Assembly: GCA_041738495.1 (NCBI GenBank)
Contig: JBGSPR010000011.1
Location: 1,495 to 65,494 of the forward strand
Direction: 5' to 3'
Length of the DNA stretch: 64,000 bases
DNA from: Patescibacteria group bacterium
GTDB lineage: Bacteria > Patescibacteriota > Patescibacteriia > PEXW01
The position numbers and the translations under genes were made by a program. Below the pieces are notes generated by a model that made no database searches, was not told where the DNA came from, and saw only the letters and a list, made by a program, of their open reading frames with translations. Below are positions 27,283-36,110 of this stretch, one piece after another (position 1 is the first letter of the stretch; each line of letters opens with the position of its first letter).

Positions 27283-29653
27283 GCTCTCACCACGCGTTCG
27301 GCGCCTGCTCACTTTGGCGGTCATCCTCATCGTCACCGGGTTTTTCGTACGTGCGTTTCAGCAAAGCTGGAACCAAGTGCGTGAAGCGTTACGACCGCCG
27401 CACTGGGGATGGCTCGCGGTATCCTTTGTAGGTTTCTCTTCCTACTACGCAGCGCGCATCGCCGGGTGGCGCCGCGTGCTTGCTACCCTTGGCTACCCAC
27501 TACCCCGTCGCGCAGCGGCACGTACGCTCATGCTGTCTGAAGTCACGCGGTACGTTCCTGGAAACGTGTGGAGCGTACTCGGGAGGATAGGGTTGAGTAC
27601 GAAGCAGGGAGTACCAGCAGATCGTGCTGTTGTTGCAACGATAGCCGAAATTCTCGCACTCCTCGCTGCCTCACTGATTGTGGGTGGTGGCCTTGCTGCG
27701 CTCACCGACGAGGTTCCTCGCTGGGTACGTTTCGGCGCAGTCCTGGGTGGGGCAGCGGCACTTGCGTGCGCGCTCGCTTTCCGTAAACTCGAACGACTCG
27801 TGCAGTGGGTATTCCGGCGAGTGCAGAAAGAGGGTGCGCCTCTGCAGTTTCCAGCACGCGCGTTCCTACGCGTTGTTGGAACGTTCGTGTTCGCCTGGGT
27901 AGGATTTTCCGTTGGGAGCTACGCGGTTGCCGCGGCGTTCCTCAAACTCCAGCCCGGGACAGCAATCCTTCTCCTCGCGACGTTCCCCATTGCGTGGTTC
28001 TTGGGGTACGCCAGTTTCGTTACGCCAAGCGGGATTGGGGTTCGCGAAGCTGCCGTTGCCGTACTCCTCGCACCGGTCTACGGTAGTATGGGTGCGATCA
28101 TTGCCACGTACTCGCGCATTGCCATGACGGTTGTAGAGCTCGCTTGGGTTGCTGGAAGCGCGTGGCAGGATGTTGCACATGGCCTGGCGGTGGCCTGGCG
28201 GTGGCTGCGCAGCCCTCGCGGTGTAGTCGTCGTGGTGACGTTCGCGTTTGCCGCGTACTTCAGCGTGGTAACGCTCACCATGCACGCGAAGGTCATTACG
28301 AGCAGATTCGACCTCGGGAACATGACGCAAACCGTTTGGAACACCAGTCAGGGACGATTTTTCGAGTTCACCGATCCGTACGGGACAACGCTCGCGCAGC
28401 GGTTCATCCACCACGCCGACGTCCTCCTCGTGCTCTTCGCGCCACTTTACTGGGTGTACGCGAGTCCCAACGTCCTCCTCGTCGCGCAGGCAGTAATCGT
28501 TGCGCTTGGTGGGTGGCTCGTCTTTCGTCTGGCCAAAAAAGTGCTGGGCCATGAGTGGCTGGCTGCGGTGCTCGCGCTCAGCTACCTCTTCTACCCAACG
28601 TTGCAACGCGCGGTCATGTTCGACTTCCACGCGCTCACATTGGGCGCAACGTTCGCTGTAGGTATGGCGTGGGCGTACGTGGAACGTCGCTGGCGGTGGT
28701 TTGCAGTTTTCGCAGCACTTCTGTGCATGAGCAAGGAAGAACTACCGATCATGGTAGCGAGCTTCGGCGTTCTCATGTTGGTTCGAGAGTGGCGTGATAC
28801 ACGCGTGCGGCGCATTGCCTTCGCAACCGTTGCACTCTCCGTGGTGTACTTTGGATTCACGTACTTCGCCATCATGCCAGCAGCGCGTTCAAACCAACCG
28901 AGTAAGTACGTCGTGCAGTACGACGTTCTCGGAGATACACCTTCGGAGATGGTTCGCACTGCAGTGCAGAATCCTTCGCTGTTGCTTTCCATGATTGCCG
29001 GAAAGCAAGCGCGGCATATGTACGCAGGGCAGCTGGGTCCCGTCGGCTTCTTGCCGCTCGCAAGTCCGGCGTGGCTCGCGTTAGCCTGGCCAGACTACGT
29101 GGTGAATCTTTTCAACGAACGCATTGAACCGCGTTTGATGATCTACCACTACCAAGCGACGATTGGTGGCTTTGTCTTCGTAGCAACGATATTTGGCATT
29201 GCAGCACTTCGCAAACGGGTTGAACCATTCTGGGACAGGAGGATGCGGCGCGTACTCAAGCTTTCCTTTTCCGGAGTGATCATTACGTACCTCGTCGTGG
29301 TTGGAGGAGTGGAGTCGTACCGGTTGAGCCCGATGCCGTACAGCCAAACGCGAGACATGCGCGTGTTCTGGCCGGCACCAATGGCACCTATCATTCACGA
29401 AGCAATCGCACAGGTACCCGATAGCGCTCGTGTTTCAGCAACGAACACAGTTGGCGCGCAGCTCGCGCACCGTCGATTCCTCTACCAATTCCCGCAAGGA
29501 ATTGGTGAGGCCGACTACATTCTCATCCTCCTAGCCAGAGAGGGAACCCTGGAGTGGCAGCGAAACCACGTGCAAGCCGAGGCACTGGAAACCGATGATC
29601 GCTACGAGCGGGTGACGTCGACCAAGAATTTCACCATGTACCGCAAGCGCTAG
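27260..29653 (+). CDS. Fusion membrane protein: N-terminal flippase-like domain (UPF0104/LPG-synthase-TM/YbhN family) joined to C-terminal DUF2079-like large polytopic domain (GT-C-like)
   Basis: Start MGVAPLPKLS at ATG 27260, overlapping the GT2 3' end by 23 nt. First about 330 aa match TIGR00374-like topology; the remainder resembles DUF2079 predicted membrane glycosyltransferases (HHADVLLVLFAPLYWVYASPNVLLVAQ...). Confidence 0.6.
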   Translation: MGVAPLPKLSPRVRRLLTLAVILIVTGFFVRAFQQSWNQVREALRPPHWGWLAVSFVGFSSYYAARIAGWRRVLATLGYPLPRRAAARTLMLSEVTRYVPGNVWSVLGRIGLSTKQGVPADRAVVATIAEILALLAASLIVGGGLAALTDEVPRWVRFGAVLGGAAALACALAFRKLERLVQWVFRRVQKEGAPLQFPARAFLRVVGTFVFAWVGFSVGSYAVAAAFLKLQPGTAILLLATFPIAWFLGYASFVTPSGIGVREAAVAVLLAPVYGSMGAIIATYSRIAMTVVELAWVAGSAWQDVAHGLAVAWRWLRSPRGVVVVVTFAFAAYFSVVTLTMHAKVITSRFDLGNMTQTVWNTSQGRFFEFTDPYGTTLAQRFIHHADVLLVLFAPLYWVYASPNVLLVAQAVIVALGGWLVFRLAKKVLGHEWLAAVLALSYLFYPTLQRAVMFDFHALTLGATFAVGMAWAYVERRWRWFAVFAALLCMSKEELPIMVASFGVLMLVREWRDTRVRRIAFATVALSVVYFGFTYFAIMPAARSNQPSKYVVQYDVLGDTPSEMVRTAVQNPSLLLSMIAGKQARHMYAGQLGPVGFLPLASPAWLALAWPDYVVNLFNERIEPRLMIYHYQATIGGFVFVATIFGIAALRKRVEPFWDRRMRRVLKLSFSGVIITYLVVVGGVESYRLSPMPYSQTRDMRVFWPAPMAPIIHEAIAQVPDSARVSATNTVGAQLAHRRFLYQFPQGIGEADYILILLAREGTLEWQRNHVQAEALETDDRYERVTSTKNFTMYRKR

Positions 29654-29656
29654 CGT

Positions 29657-30736
29657 ATGGCGAGGATTGCGGTTGCCATGTCAGGAGGGGTTGATTCTTC
29701 CGTGACGGCGTACCTCCTGCAACGTGCTGGCCACACGGTACGCGGTGTTTTCATGAAGAACTACGAACCACCACCTCAGAGCAACCAGCCATGCCCGTGG
29801 GAGGCGGATCAAGAAGACGTTCGTCGAGTCTGCGAGCGCTTGGGGGTAACTTGGGAAACTTGGAATTTCGAGAGGGACTACGCTGAGCGAGTGCTGGACT
29901 ACTTCTTCCGCGAGTACAGTGCGGGGCGCACGCCGAATCCCGACGTCATGTGCAATCGTGAGGTCAAGTTTGGCGTCTTCCTCCAACGCGCTCTCAGCGA
30001 AGGCTTCGATGCCATTGCCACTGGTCACTACGCACGAATACGTGAGGTGGGTGGTGCATTCCAGCTCCTCGCCGGCGTAGACCGTGGGAAAGACCAATCG
30101 TACTTCCTGCACGCGCTCAACCAATCTATGCTCAGCAGGACGTACTTTCCCATTGGCAATCACACGAAGACCGAAGTACGTGGTATCGCACGGTCAGCGA
30201 AACTCCCGACAGCAGAAAAACCAGATAGCCAGGGCATATGCTTCGTTGGCAAGGTGAACGTTACGGATTTCCTCAAACAGCACCTCCACGCACTGCCTGG
30301 TCCGGTGGTTACAGCGAGTGGCGCGCGCGTCGGCGAGCACATCGGCTTACCGTACTACACCATTGGGCAGCGACACGGCCTTGGTGTTGGCGGTGGGGTG
30401 CCGTACTACGTTGCTCGGAAAAATCTTCAGAAGAATACCCTCATCGTAGCAGAAGGGGATCGTGACCCCATTCTCTACGCACGGGCACTCGAAGCAACTG
30501 CCCCAACGTGGGTAAGTGGTCAGGTGCCTGGAGAAGAATTCTCCTGCAATGCGCGGATACGCTACCGTCAACCACTCGTGTCGTGTACGGTACGCTCAAG
30601 TGGCGAGACGCTGCACGTTACATTCGCACAACTCCAGCGCGCAATTACACCTGGACAAGCAATCGTTTTCTACGACGAAGACGTGTGCCTGGGTGGAGCC
30701 ACGATTGACCACGTGCTTGAGGAGCGGTCTGCCTAG
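29657..30736 (+). CDS. mnmA: tRNA-specific 2-thiouridylase MnmA
   Basis: MARIAVAMSGGVDSSV PP-loop; catalytic Cys residues; full-length 359 aa. Confidence 0.9.
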   Translation: MARIAVAMSGGVDSSVTAYLLQRAGHTVRGVFMKNYEPPPQSNQPCPWEADQEDVRRVCERLGVTWETWNFERDYAERVLDYFFREYSAGRTPNPDVMCNREVKFGVFLQRALSEGFDAIATGHYARIREVGGAFQLLAGVDRGKDQSYFLHALNQSMLSRTYFPIGNHTKTEVRGIARSAKLPTAEKPDSQGICFVGKVNVTDFLKQHLHALPGPVVTASGARVGEHIGLPYYTIGQRHGLGVGGGVPYYVARKNLQKNTLIVAEGDRDPILYARALEATAPTWVSGQVPGEEFSCNARIRYRQPLVSCTVRSSGETLHVTFAQLQRAITPGQAIVFYDEDVCLGGATIDHVLEERSA

Positions 30737-31506
30737 GGGTTGATGCGCGGTGACTGGCGTGCTTTTTTCCAAGCAAACGCTACCACAGCGACGAGGAGAA
30801 CAATGCCAACAATAATGAGGATGAGCCCTGTTCGGCCATCGCCCGTTTCTTCCGTTGTCGTCGCGTTCACGTTCGTTTGGTCACTCGTTGCATCGAGAAT
30901 ACCAGTGTTCGTATTCTCGTTTGCGTTATCATTGAACACGCTGGTCGTCGTATTTGCATTGGCCGCTGCGTTCACGTTCTTGTTCGCGTTGGTGTTGGTG
31001 TTCCTATTCACGGTTGTGGCGGTATTCGTGTTCTTGTTTGCATTCACGTTCTTGTTCACCGTAGTATTTGTATTCTTATTCACGTTGCTATTTACTGAGG
31101 TATTCGTATTTGCGTTCGCCGTCGCATTGGTATTCGTTGTTGCCGCCGCTGAAGTTGTCAGCGTGGTATCCGTACTCGTTGCCTCATTGCCAGCAGCGTC
31201 TTTTGATCGGACGCGAAAGTGGTACTGCGTCCCGGCGGTGAGACCGAGCAGCGTCACGCTGTGTGCCGTGAGGTACTCGCCACTCCCGAGTGTGTTCCCG
31301 TACACGTCCGTAGGACCAAAATCCACATAACTCGTGGCTGCCTCGTTGGTTGACCAACTCACAACCGCCGTGGATGCGGTAACTGAACTCACCGTAACCC
31401 CGGAAATTGAGGGTTTCGTGACGTCCGTGGCAACATTCGTCTGTGCCAGTGTAGGCTGGACGAGGAGGAAGGCGAGAGTACTCGCGAGGGCAAGCATTTT
31501 GCGCAT
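30733..31506 (-). CDS. Secreted, C-terminally membrane-anchored surface protein: signal peptide, Fn3/PAP-N-like domain, Asn/Thr-rich repeat stalk, TM anchor
   Basis: Preferred start MRKMLALASTLAFLLVQPTLA at 31506 with AAGGA SD. Fn3 motif SWSTNEAATSYVDFG...YHFRVRSKDAAGNE. About 110 aa of NTN/NVN repeats, then LILIIVGIVLLVAVVAFAWKKARQ. Confidence 0.7.
   Translation of the reverse strand: MRKMLALASTLAFLLVQPTLAQTNVATDVTKPSISGVTVSSVTASTAVVSWSTNEAATSYVDFGPTDVYGNTLGSGEYLTAHSVTLLGLTAGTQYHFRVRSKDAAGNEATSTDTTLTTSAAATTNTNATANANTNTSVNSNVNKNTNTTVNKNVNANKNTNTATTVNRNTNTNANKNVNAAANANTTTSVFNDNANENTNTGILDATSDQTNVNATTTEETGDGRTGLILIIVGIVLLVAVVAFAWKKARQSPRINP
30835..31190 (-). repeat. Imperfect tandem nucleotide repeats encoding the Asn/Thr (N-x-T sequon-rich) low-complexity stalk
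   Basis: Repeated gttcacgttcttgtt / gtattcgtgtt-like units are visible on the plus strand; they translate on the minus strand to NKNTNT / NVNAN units. Confidence 0.6.
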
Positions 31507-31549
31507 ATGGTACAATCCTTTCACCTCGTAGTATACACAATACTGCCCT
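31507..31549. promoter_or_regulatory. Divergent promoter region between the Fn3 surface protein and cyclophilin genes
   Basis: TGGTACAAT extended -10 at 31507-31515 on the plus strand, about 35 nt upstream of ATG 31550; TATACT on the opposite strand. Confidence 0.4.
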
Positions 31550-32164
31550 ATGGAAGCAAAACGTGAGTACACGGTAATCGGCGCTGGGGTAGGCATCCTC
31601 ATCGTCATCGCGGCACTCCTCATCTGGTCTGGTTCCTGGTCATCTCGAGACACCGCATCGAATGCGAACTCGCAACCTACACCCCAAACTATGTCCTACA
31701 CGTTTCCTGGCGTACTCGCAGACGAAAAAATCCAGAATAAGAAAGCGGTCATTACGACAGCGAAGGGGGTCATTGAATTCGACCTGCTCGCAGAGGCGGC
31801 GCCAAAATCAGTGAGCAACTTCGTGTACCTCGCGGGTGAAGGCTTCTACGATGGTTTGACCTTCCACCGCGTAGAACCAGGGTTCGTCATCCAGGGTGGG
31901 GACCCCATAGGTACCGGGGGCGGCGGGCCTGGGTACGAGTTTGAAGATGAGCCAGTTGTTGGAGAGTACACCGAAGGGGCAGTTGCAATGGCTAATGCTG
32001 GCCCTGATACGAATGGCTCGCAATTCTTCATTACCCTAGGTGACCAGAGCACGAACCTCACGAAGAGTTACAACCTCTTCGGGCGTGTGACGAAAGGTAT
32101 GGAAGTCGTGAAGTCCATCGCCGTAGGCGATGTCATGGACACCGTGCACGTTGTCTCACGGTAG
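31550..32164 (+). CDS. Cyclophilin-type peptidyl-prolyl cis-trans isomerase with N-terminal membrane anchor
   Basis: TM helix GVGILIVIAALLIW, then a cyclophilin core (FHRVEPGFVIQGGDP...GAVAMANAGPDTNGSQFFITLG). Confidence 0.85.
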   Translation: MEAKREYTVIGAGVGILIVIAALLIWSGSWSSRDTASNANSQPTPQTMSYTFPGVLADEKIQNKKAVITTAKGVIEFDLLAEAAPKSVSNFVYLAGEGFYDGLTFHRVEPGFVIQGGDPIGTGGGGPGYEFEDEPVVGEYTEGAVAMANAGPDTNGSQFFITLGDQSTNLTKSYNLFGRVTKGMEVVKSIAVGDVMDTVHVVSR

Positions 32165-33106
32165 GGTAACCTTGAGAAACGCGGGGTAACCGCGGAGGAA
32201 AGCGTGCGCATCGATCGGTGCCTTCCCTGGTACTTGCACTTGCTGCACGACCAGGGCATCTTGCGGAGTACGGACGGCGAATCCGAGCGGGTGGTGTGCA
32301 ATGCTTCCGGGAAGGCCTTTGTCGGGCACAACCGTTACCTTGAGGATTTTTACGTCCTTGTTGTTCCAGGAGAAGTACGTTCCTGGCCACGGCACGAGCG
32401 CGCGAACTTTACGTTCCAATGACGCTGCTGGTTGGTGGAAGAGTAGTTGGCCGTCTTCGTGCGTGAGTTTTCTCGCAGTCGTCACACCTTCTGCTGGTTG
32501 TGGCTCTGGGGTGCGTTCACCTTTGAGGTAGGGGATGAGGTGCTGGGCGAGTAGGCGAGCGCTCAACTCGGCGAGGAACGTGCTCAGCTCGTGCGTCGTG
32601 ATTGTTGGAGATATGGGGAGTTCCTGCGAAGCGAACGTTGGACCAGTATCCATGCCAGCATCAATGCGCATGAGCGTTACTCCAGTCACCGCATCGCCCG
32701 AGAGAAGTGCGTGCTGGATAGGGGATGCACCACGCCAGCGTGGGAGGAGGGAAGCGTGCGCGTTCACCCAGCCGTGCGGGAATGCGTTGAGCAGGGAGGC
32801 GGGAATAATCAGCCCGTAGGCTACGACGACTGCGACATCGGCCTGGAGCCCGCGGAGCGCAGCGTGCACGTCCGGCTGGCGAAGGGTGTCTGGCGTGAGC
32901 GTGAAGTACCCAAGCTTACGGGCGAGGGCGTGGACGGGATTCTTCTGCACGGTCATACCACGTCCGTGCGGTTTCGGTTTTTGCGTAAGTACTGCAACAA
33001 CGTCAACGTCCGGCATGCTGCTGAGCGCGCGCAAACTCGGCACGGCGTAGGCGGGCGAGCCAGCGAACACCACTCTCCAGTGACTACTCGATTCGCGGAC
33101 GTTCAC
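32156..33106 (-). CDS. fmt: Methionyl-tRNA formyltransferase
   Basis: RVVFAGSPAYAVPSL... formyltransferase N-domain with HASLLPRWRGASPIQ motif; C-terminal domain; overlaps the def 3' end by 23 nt. Confidence 0.88.
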   Translation of the reverse strand: MNVRESSSHWRVVFAGSPAYAVPSLRALSSMPDVDVVAVLTQKPKPHGRGMTVQKNPVHALARKLGYFTLTPDTLRQPDVHAALRGLQADVAVVVAYGLIIPASLLNAFPHGWVNAHASLLPRWRGASPIQHALLSGDAVTGVTLMRIDAGMDTGPTFASQELPISPTITTHELSTFLAELSARLLAQHLIPYLKGERTPEPQPAEGVTTARKLTHEDGQLLFHQPAASLERKVRALVPWPGTYFSWNNKDVKILKVTVVPDKGLPGSIAHHPLGFAVRTPQDALVVQQVQVPGKAPIDAHAFLRGYPAFLKVTLP

Positions 33107-33566
33107 CTTTGGTGTAGCGCGTTACCTTCTCGGTGAAGAGTACGCCATCGACGTGATCCACCTCGTGCTGGATGATACGGGCGAAGAGCCCCTCTGCGTT
33201 GACCGTCAGTGCGTTTCCATTTCGGTCGAGAGCACTCAGGGTTATGCGCTTGTTCCGCCTGACCAAACCGAATACTCCGGGGATAGAGAGGCACCCCTCC
33301 TCCATTGTTTCCTTCAGGAAGGAGCGCTTCGTAATCTGGGGGTTGACGTACACCATAGCGCCATCTCTCGTCGTGACGACGATGATGCGCTTCGTTTCAC
33401 CAACCTGGGTTGCAGCAAGACCAATGCCATCCGCTGCGAACATCGTCTCCACCATATCATCGATGAAGCGTTGTACCTGGGGTTTTTTGAGTTCACCCAC
33501 GGGCAGCGGTTCTACACGCGTTCGGAGAATGCGGTTCGGAATAGTGACTATGGGAATTCTCGACAT
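33084..33566 (-). CDS. def: Peptide deformylase
   Basis: Start MSRIPIVTIPN at 33566; motifs GIGLAATQVG, EGCLSIPG, HEVDHVDG. Confidence 0.88.
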   Translation of the reverse strand: MSRIPIVTIPNRILRTRVEPLPVGELKKPQVQRFIDDMVETMFAADGIGLAATQVGETKRIIVVTTRDGAMVYVNPQITKRSFLKETMEEGCLSIPGVFGLVRRNKRITLSALDRNGNALTVNAEGLFARIIQHEVDHVDGVLFTEKVTRYTKGERPRIE

Positions 33567-33597
33567 TAGCGTAGGGTATCGTGGAACGCGTGGATTG

Positions 33598-35316
33598 TCA
33601 AAGCACGCGCGGTGGATCAACGGTCGCTTCCCAGGTGGGGTGCAGGTTGGTACGTACGCTGCTGAGGAGTGCTTCACGCGTTTCCTGCGTACACCGAATT
33701 ATCCACATTTCTGGCTGTTGCACGAGTTGCGTACCTGTTGGGAGGAACCCCGGATCCAATGGCTGCGTAGCACGTTTCCTCACCCGTTCTCGTGCCCGTA
33801 GGAGTACGAGCGTGCCAGCTGGAGGGTAGTGTAGCTGCATCCGCTGGTCGAGCGTTCCCGCAAGCCACGACGCCGTATTCGCGAGTGCGATCACTGCTGG
33901 TGCAGAGGGTTGGAAGGTCGGTACGTACAGGTACCCGTTCGTTGGAAGAAACTGCCGGACGAAGGCAACGGTATCGAGGAATTCTTCTTCACCGCGGTAC
34001 GTGCCAGGGCGACAGAGTGTGTCTGCCTGGACAATGACAGCGGCTGAAAAGCGAAGGTGGGGGAAGCGCGCAAGTGCTTCAGTAGCAACAACGTGAGGAG
34101 ATTCTGGGTGTACTTGGTGCAATCGATCCACAATGCCAACCTGCACACCTGAATGGGCGATGGTACGTGCTGTTGCAGAAATTCCTAGGGAACGGTTTGA
34201 AAAGTTCACCCCCTTACAGGCGTGGCAGTGCTCCGGGGCAACCATACGGAGGTTGTCCTGCTCACACCAGAGTTGCCCGGCAGTAGCAACCCGAAGAGGT
34301 TTGTCGCACGTGGGGCACAGAACCGGTACACCGCAATCGCTGCACGTGTAGCGACCAGCCTCAGCGACGCGATTGTGGAACCATAGGGTTCTCGTGCCTG
34401 CGAGTTGTTCCACGAGGTGGAGGGGTACGATTTCCTTTCGTTCGGTACTGCGTTCATTCGACCGGTCGAGGACGCGAACTTCCGCTGCCGGAAGTGGAGC
34501 GAGTTCGCTCTTTTGGGAGCCAGCGAGTTCAGCAACGGGTGGGTTTACCCAACGCGCGAGTACCGATACCTTTGCTCCGTGGACCTCGGCGAGCTTTGCC
34601 GCAACGCGTCGGATATCTACGCGAGGAGCCTGCGCGAATGCGAAGTAGGCGTGGTCGTCTGCGAGATCAATGATGACGCGGTGCAATTTCTGGAACGGTG
34701 CGAAGAGCCCGGCATGCGTGGTAACAAAGAAACGGGTGTGAGGCGAGCGAAACTTCTCCATCGCTTTCACATTCTGCTTGGCTTGTGGGTGAATGAATAC
34801 GGTTTGCGATTCAGAAAGCTTACTCAACCAGATGCTCGCGTAGTCTTGGGATGGGCACAGTACGAACGTCGCTTCGCCCGCTGCAGCGAGGCGTTGACTC
34901 CATGATTTTACAACGCGTTCTCTGTCTTGGAGAGTAGGTGCAAGCGTGAGTGTTGTCTGCAACGCTCCCGAACGAACACGTTCTCCTCGCGCGCCTTTGA
35001 TTGCTGGCATGAACGATCGCGCGATGACATTCAAGGGTGTGCAGGTTTCCGCCTGCATCCAACGAGCGATCGCAAGTTGCTCTGCGGTGAGGTATTCGGA
35101 TGTTTGACTGCTCACGCTCTTCAGCGGGCGCGTGCGTTCTTCGGCGGAGAGCATTTCCCACACAACGCCGCGCACAGACGTTGATCGGAATGGAACGCGC
35201 ACAATATCGCCAACCTGGAGTGTGCGGAGCGCGGGGAGTGCGTAGTCTAAGAGTGCAACCGACGGGGCAAGTCGGATGAGTGGGATGACGCGGGCAACGC
35301 GTGTTTTCGTGCTCAC
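33598..35316 (-). CDS. priA: Primosomal protein N' (PriA)-like, with no detectable Walker A (GxGKT) in the translation
   Basis: PriA 3'-DNA-binding N-domain, Cys-rich zinc region CSDCGVPVLCPTC...HCHAC, C-terminal domain. Candidate GTG start at 35316 forms a GTGA overlap with the upstream LigB-like stop. No GxGKT P-loop is detectable, although an IIDLADDH Walker-B-like stretch remains. Confidence 0.7.
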   Translation of the reverse strand: MSTKTRVARVIPLIRLAPSVALLDYALPALRTLQVGDIVRVPFRSTSVRGVVWEMLSAEERTRPLKSVSSQTSEYLTAEQLAIARWMQAETCTPLNVIARSFMPAIKGARGERVRSGALQTTLTLAPTLQDRERVVKSWSQRLAAAGEATFVLCPSQDYASIWLSKLSESQTVFIHPQAKQNVKAMEKFRSPHTRFFVTTHAGLFAPFQKLHRVIIDLADDHAYFAFAQAPRVDIRRVAAKLAEVHGAKVSVLARWVNPPVAELAGSQKSELAPLPAAEVRVLDRSNERSTERKEIVPLHLVEQLAGTRTLWFHNRVAEAGRYTCSDCGVPVLCPTCDKPLRVATAGQLWCEQDNLRMVAPEHCHACKGVNFSNRSLGISATARTIAHSGVQVGIVDRLHQVHPESPHVVATEALARFPHLRFSAAVIVQADTLCRPGTYRGEEEFLDTVAFVRQFLPTNGYLYVPTFQPSAPAVIALANTASWLAGTLDQRMQLHYPPAGTLVLLRARERVRKRATQPLDPGFLPTGTQLVQQPEMWIIRCTQETREALLSSVRTNLHPTWEATVDPPRVL

Positions 35317-36107
35317 ACTGGTTGCCACGTCACCACGCTGTAGGCGACACCGTACAGCGTTTCCTCGACGTGTACGGTTGGCTTGAGTTGCAAGGCATTC
35401 GTGCAACCCGCGAGTAGCGCGGTACTCAGGGCACCGCACGACAGCACCTCCCGGACATCATCATTCGTGACGGTTTCCAGGTAGCGCTGTAACTTCCGCT
35501 CTCGCGTTGCCGTTTGCCATGCTGCACAGAAAGCTGAAGCCTTTTGGGATTTTCCCGTAGGCGCTTCGTCGCTGCACCGCGCGGACAGTTCGCCTGAGGC
35601 GATGAGGACGACGCGTTCTCGGGCTTGAACGAGTTCAGGGTGGAGGAGGGCGCCGAACCGAACGTGCGCGGCAGGGGATTGAGTACTGGTAGACATCTCA
35701 ACCCAACGTGGTTGCGGGTGCAGGTCACGCAGCAAGAGCGCAGGAACGCTCATGCCGTAGGTCATGCTCGCGTCGTGAACAGCGGCCACAGGTGCGTGCG
35801 CCTCGAGGTGTTCTTTCAGATGGTACGAAAACTTCGGCGCAGCAGGTACTGTTACGTTCGTCGTGAGATCGCCAAAATTCTCAAATGTCCCGGTGTACTG
35901 CTTGGCGAGGTTGAACGTGTAGTGATCCCCAAAGCTAGGTGCGTGTGGGTTGATGCACAGGATGATGTCTGGCTGCAACGCGTGTACCCACTGCGCGGCT
36001 TCTTCGCAGGCATGCTGAAGTCCGCGCATGCGTTTGGCGTGAGCAGGTTCAGTTGTAGGAAGGAGCAACGGTGTGTGCGGGAGGAGGGCTGCCCCGACAA
36101 TGCTCAT
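35313..36107 (-). CDS. LigB-family (class III extradiol dioxygenase / MEMO1-like) protein
   Basis: 264 aa MSIVGAALLPHTPLLLP... resembles DODA/YgiD-type LigB subunits; first gene of an apparent LigB-like-priA-def-fmt operon. Confidence 0.45.
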   Translation of the reverse strand: MSIVGAALLPHTPLLLPTTEPAHAKRMRGLQHACEEAAQWVHALQPDIILCINPHAPSFGDHYTFNLAKQYTGTFENFGDLTTNVTVPAAPKFSYHLKEHLEAHAPVAAVHDASMTYGMSVPALLLRDLHPQPRWVEMSTSTQSPAAHVRFGALLHPELVQARERVVLIASGELSARCSDEAPTGKSQKASAFCAAWQTATRERKLQRYLETVTNDDVREVLSCGALSTALLAGCTNALQLKPTVHVEETLYGVAYSVVTWQPV

Positions 36108-36110
36108 AGT

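Noticed and set aside
30835-31190. Possible CRISPR or contingency repeat array
   Set aside because: The repeats are imperfect, in-frame and encode a low-complexity N/T stalk. There is no spacer or repeat regularity and there are no cas genes.
33084-33677. Long form of def (197 aa) starting at 33677
   Set aside because: The extra 37 residues (MKHSSAAYVPTCTPPGKRP...) overlap the priA 3' end region and lack Def homology. The canonical Def N-terminus MSRIPIV begins at 33566.
35317-35439. Upstream ATG start for priA at 35439
   Set aside because: It would overlap the LigB-like gene by 127 nt in another frame. The GTG at 35316, sharing GTGA with the upstream stop, fits the operon's translational-coupling pattern better.
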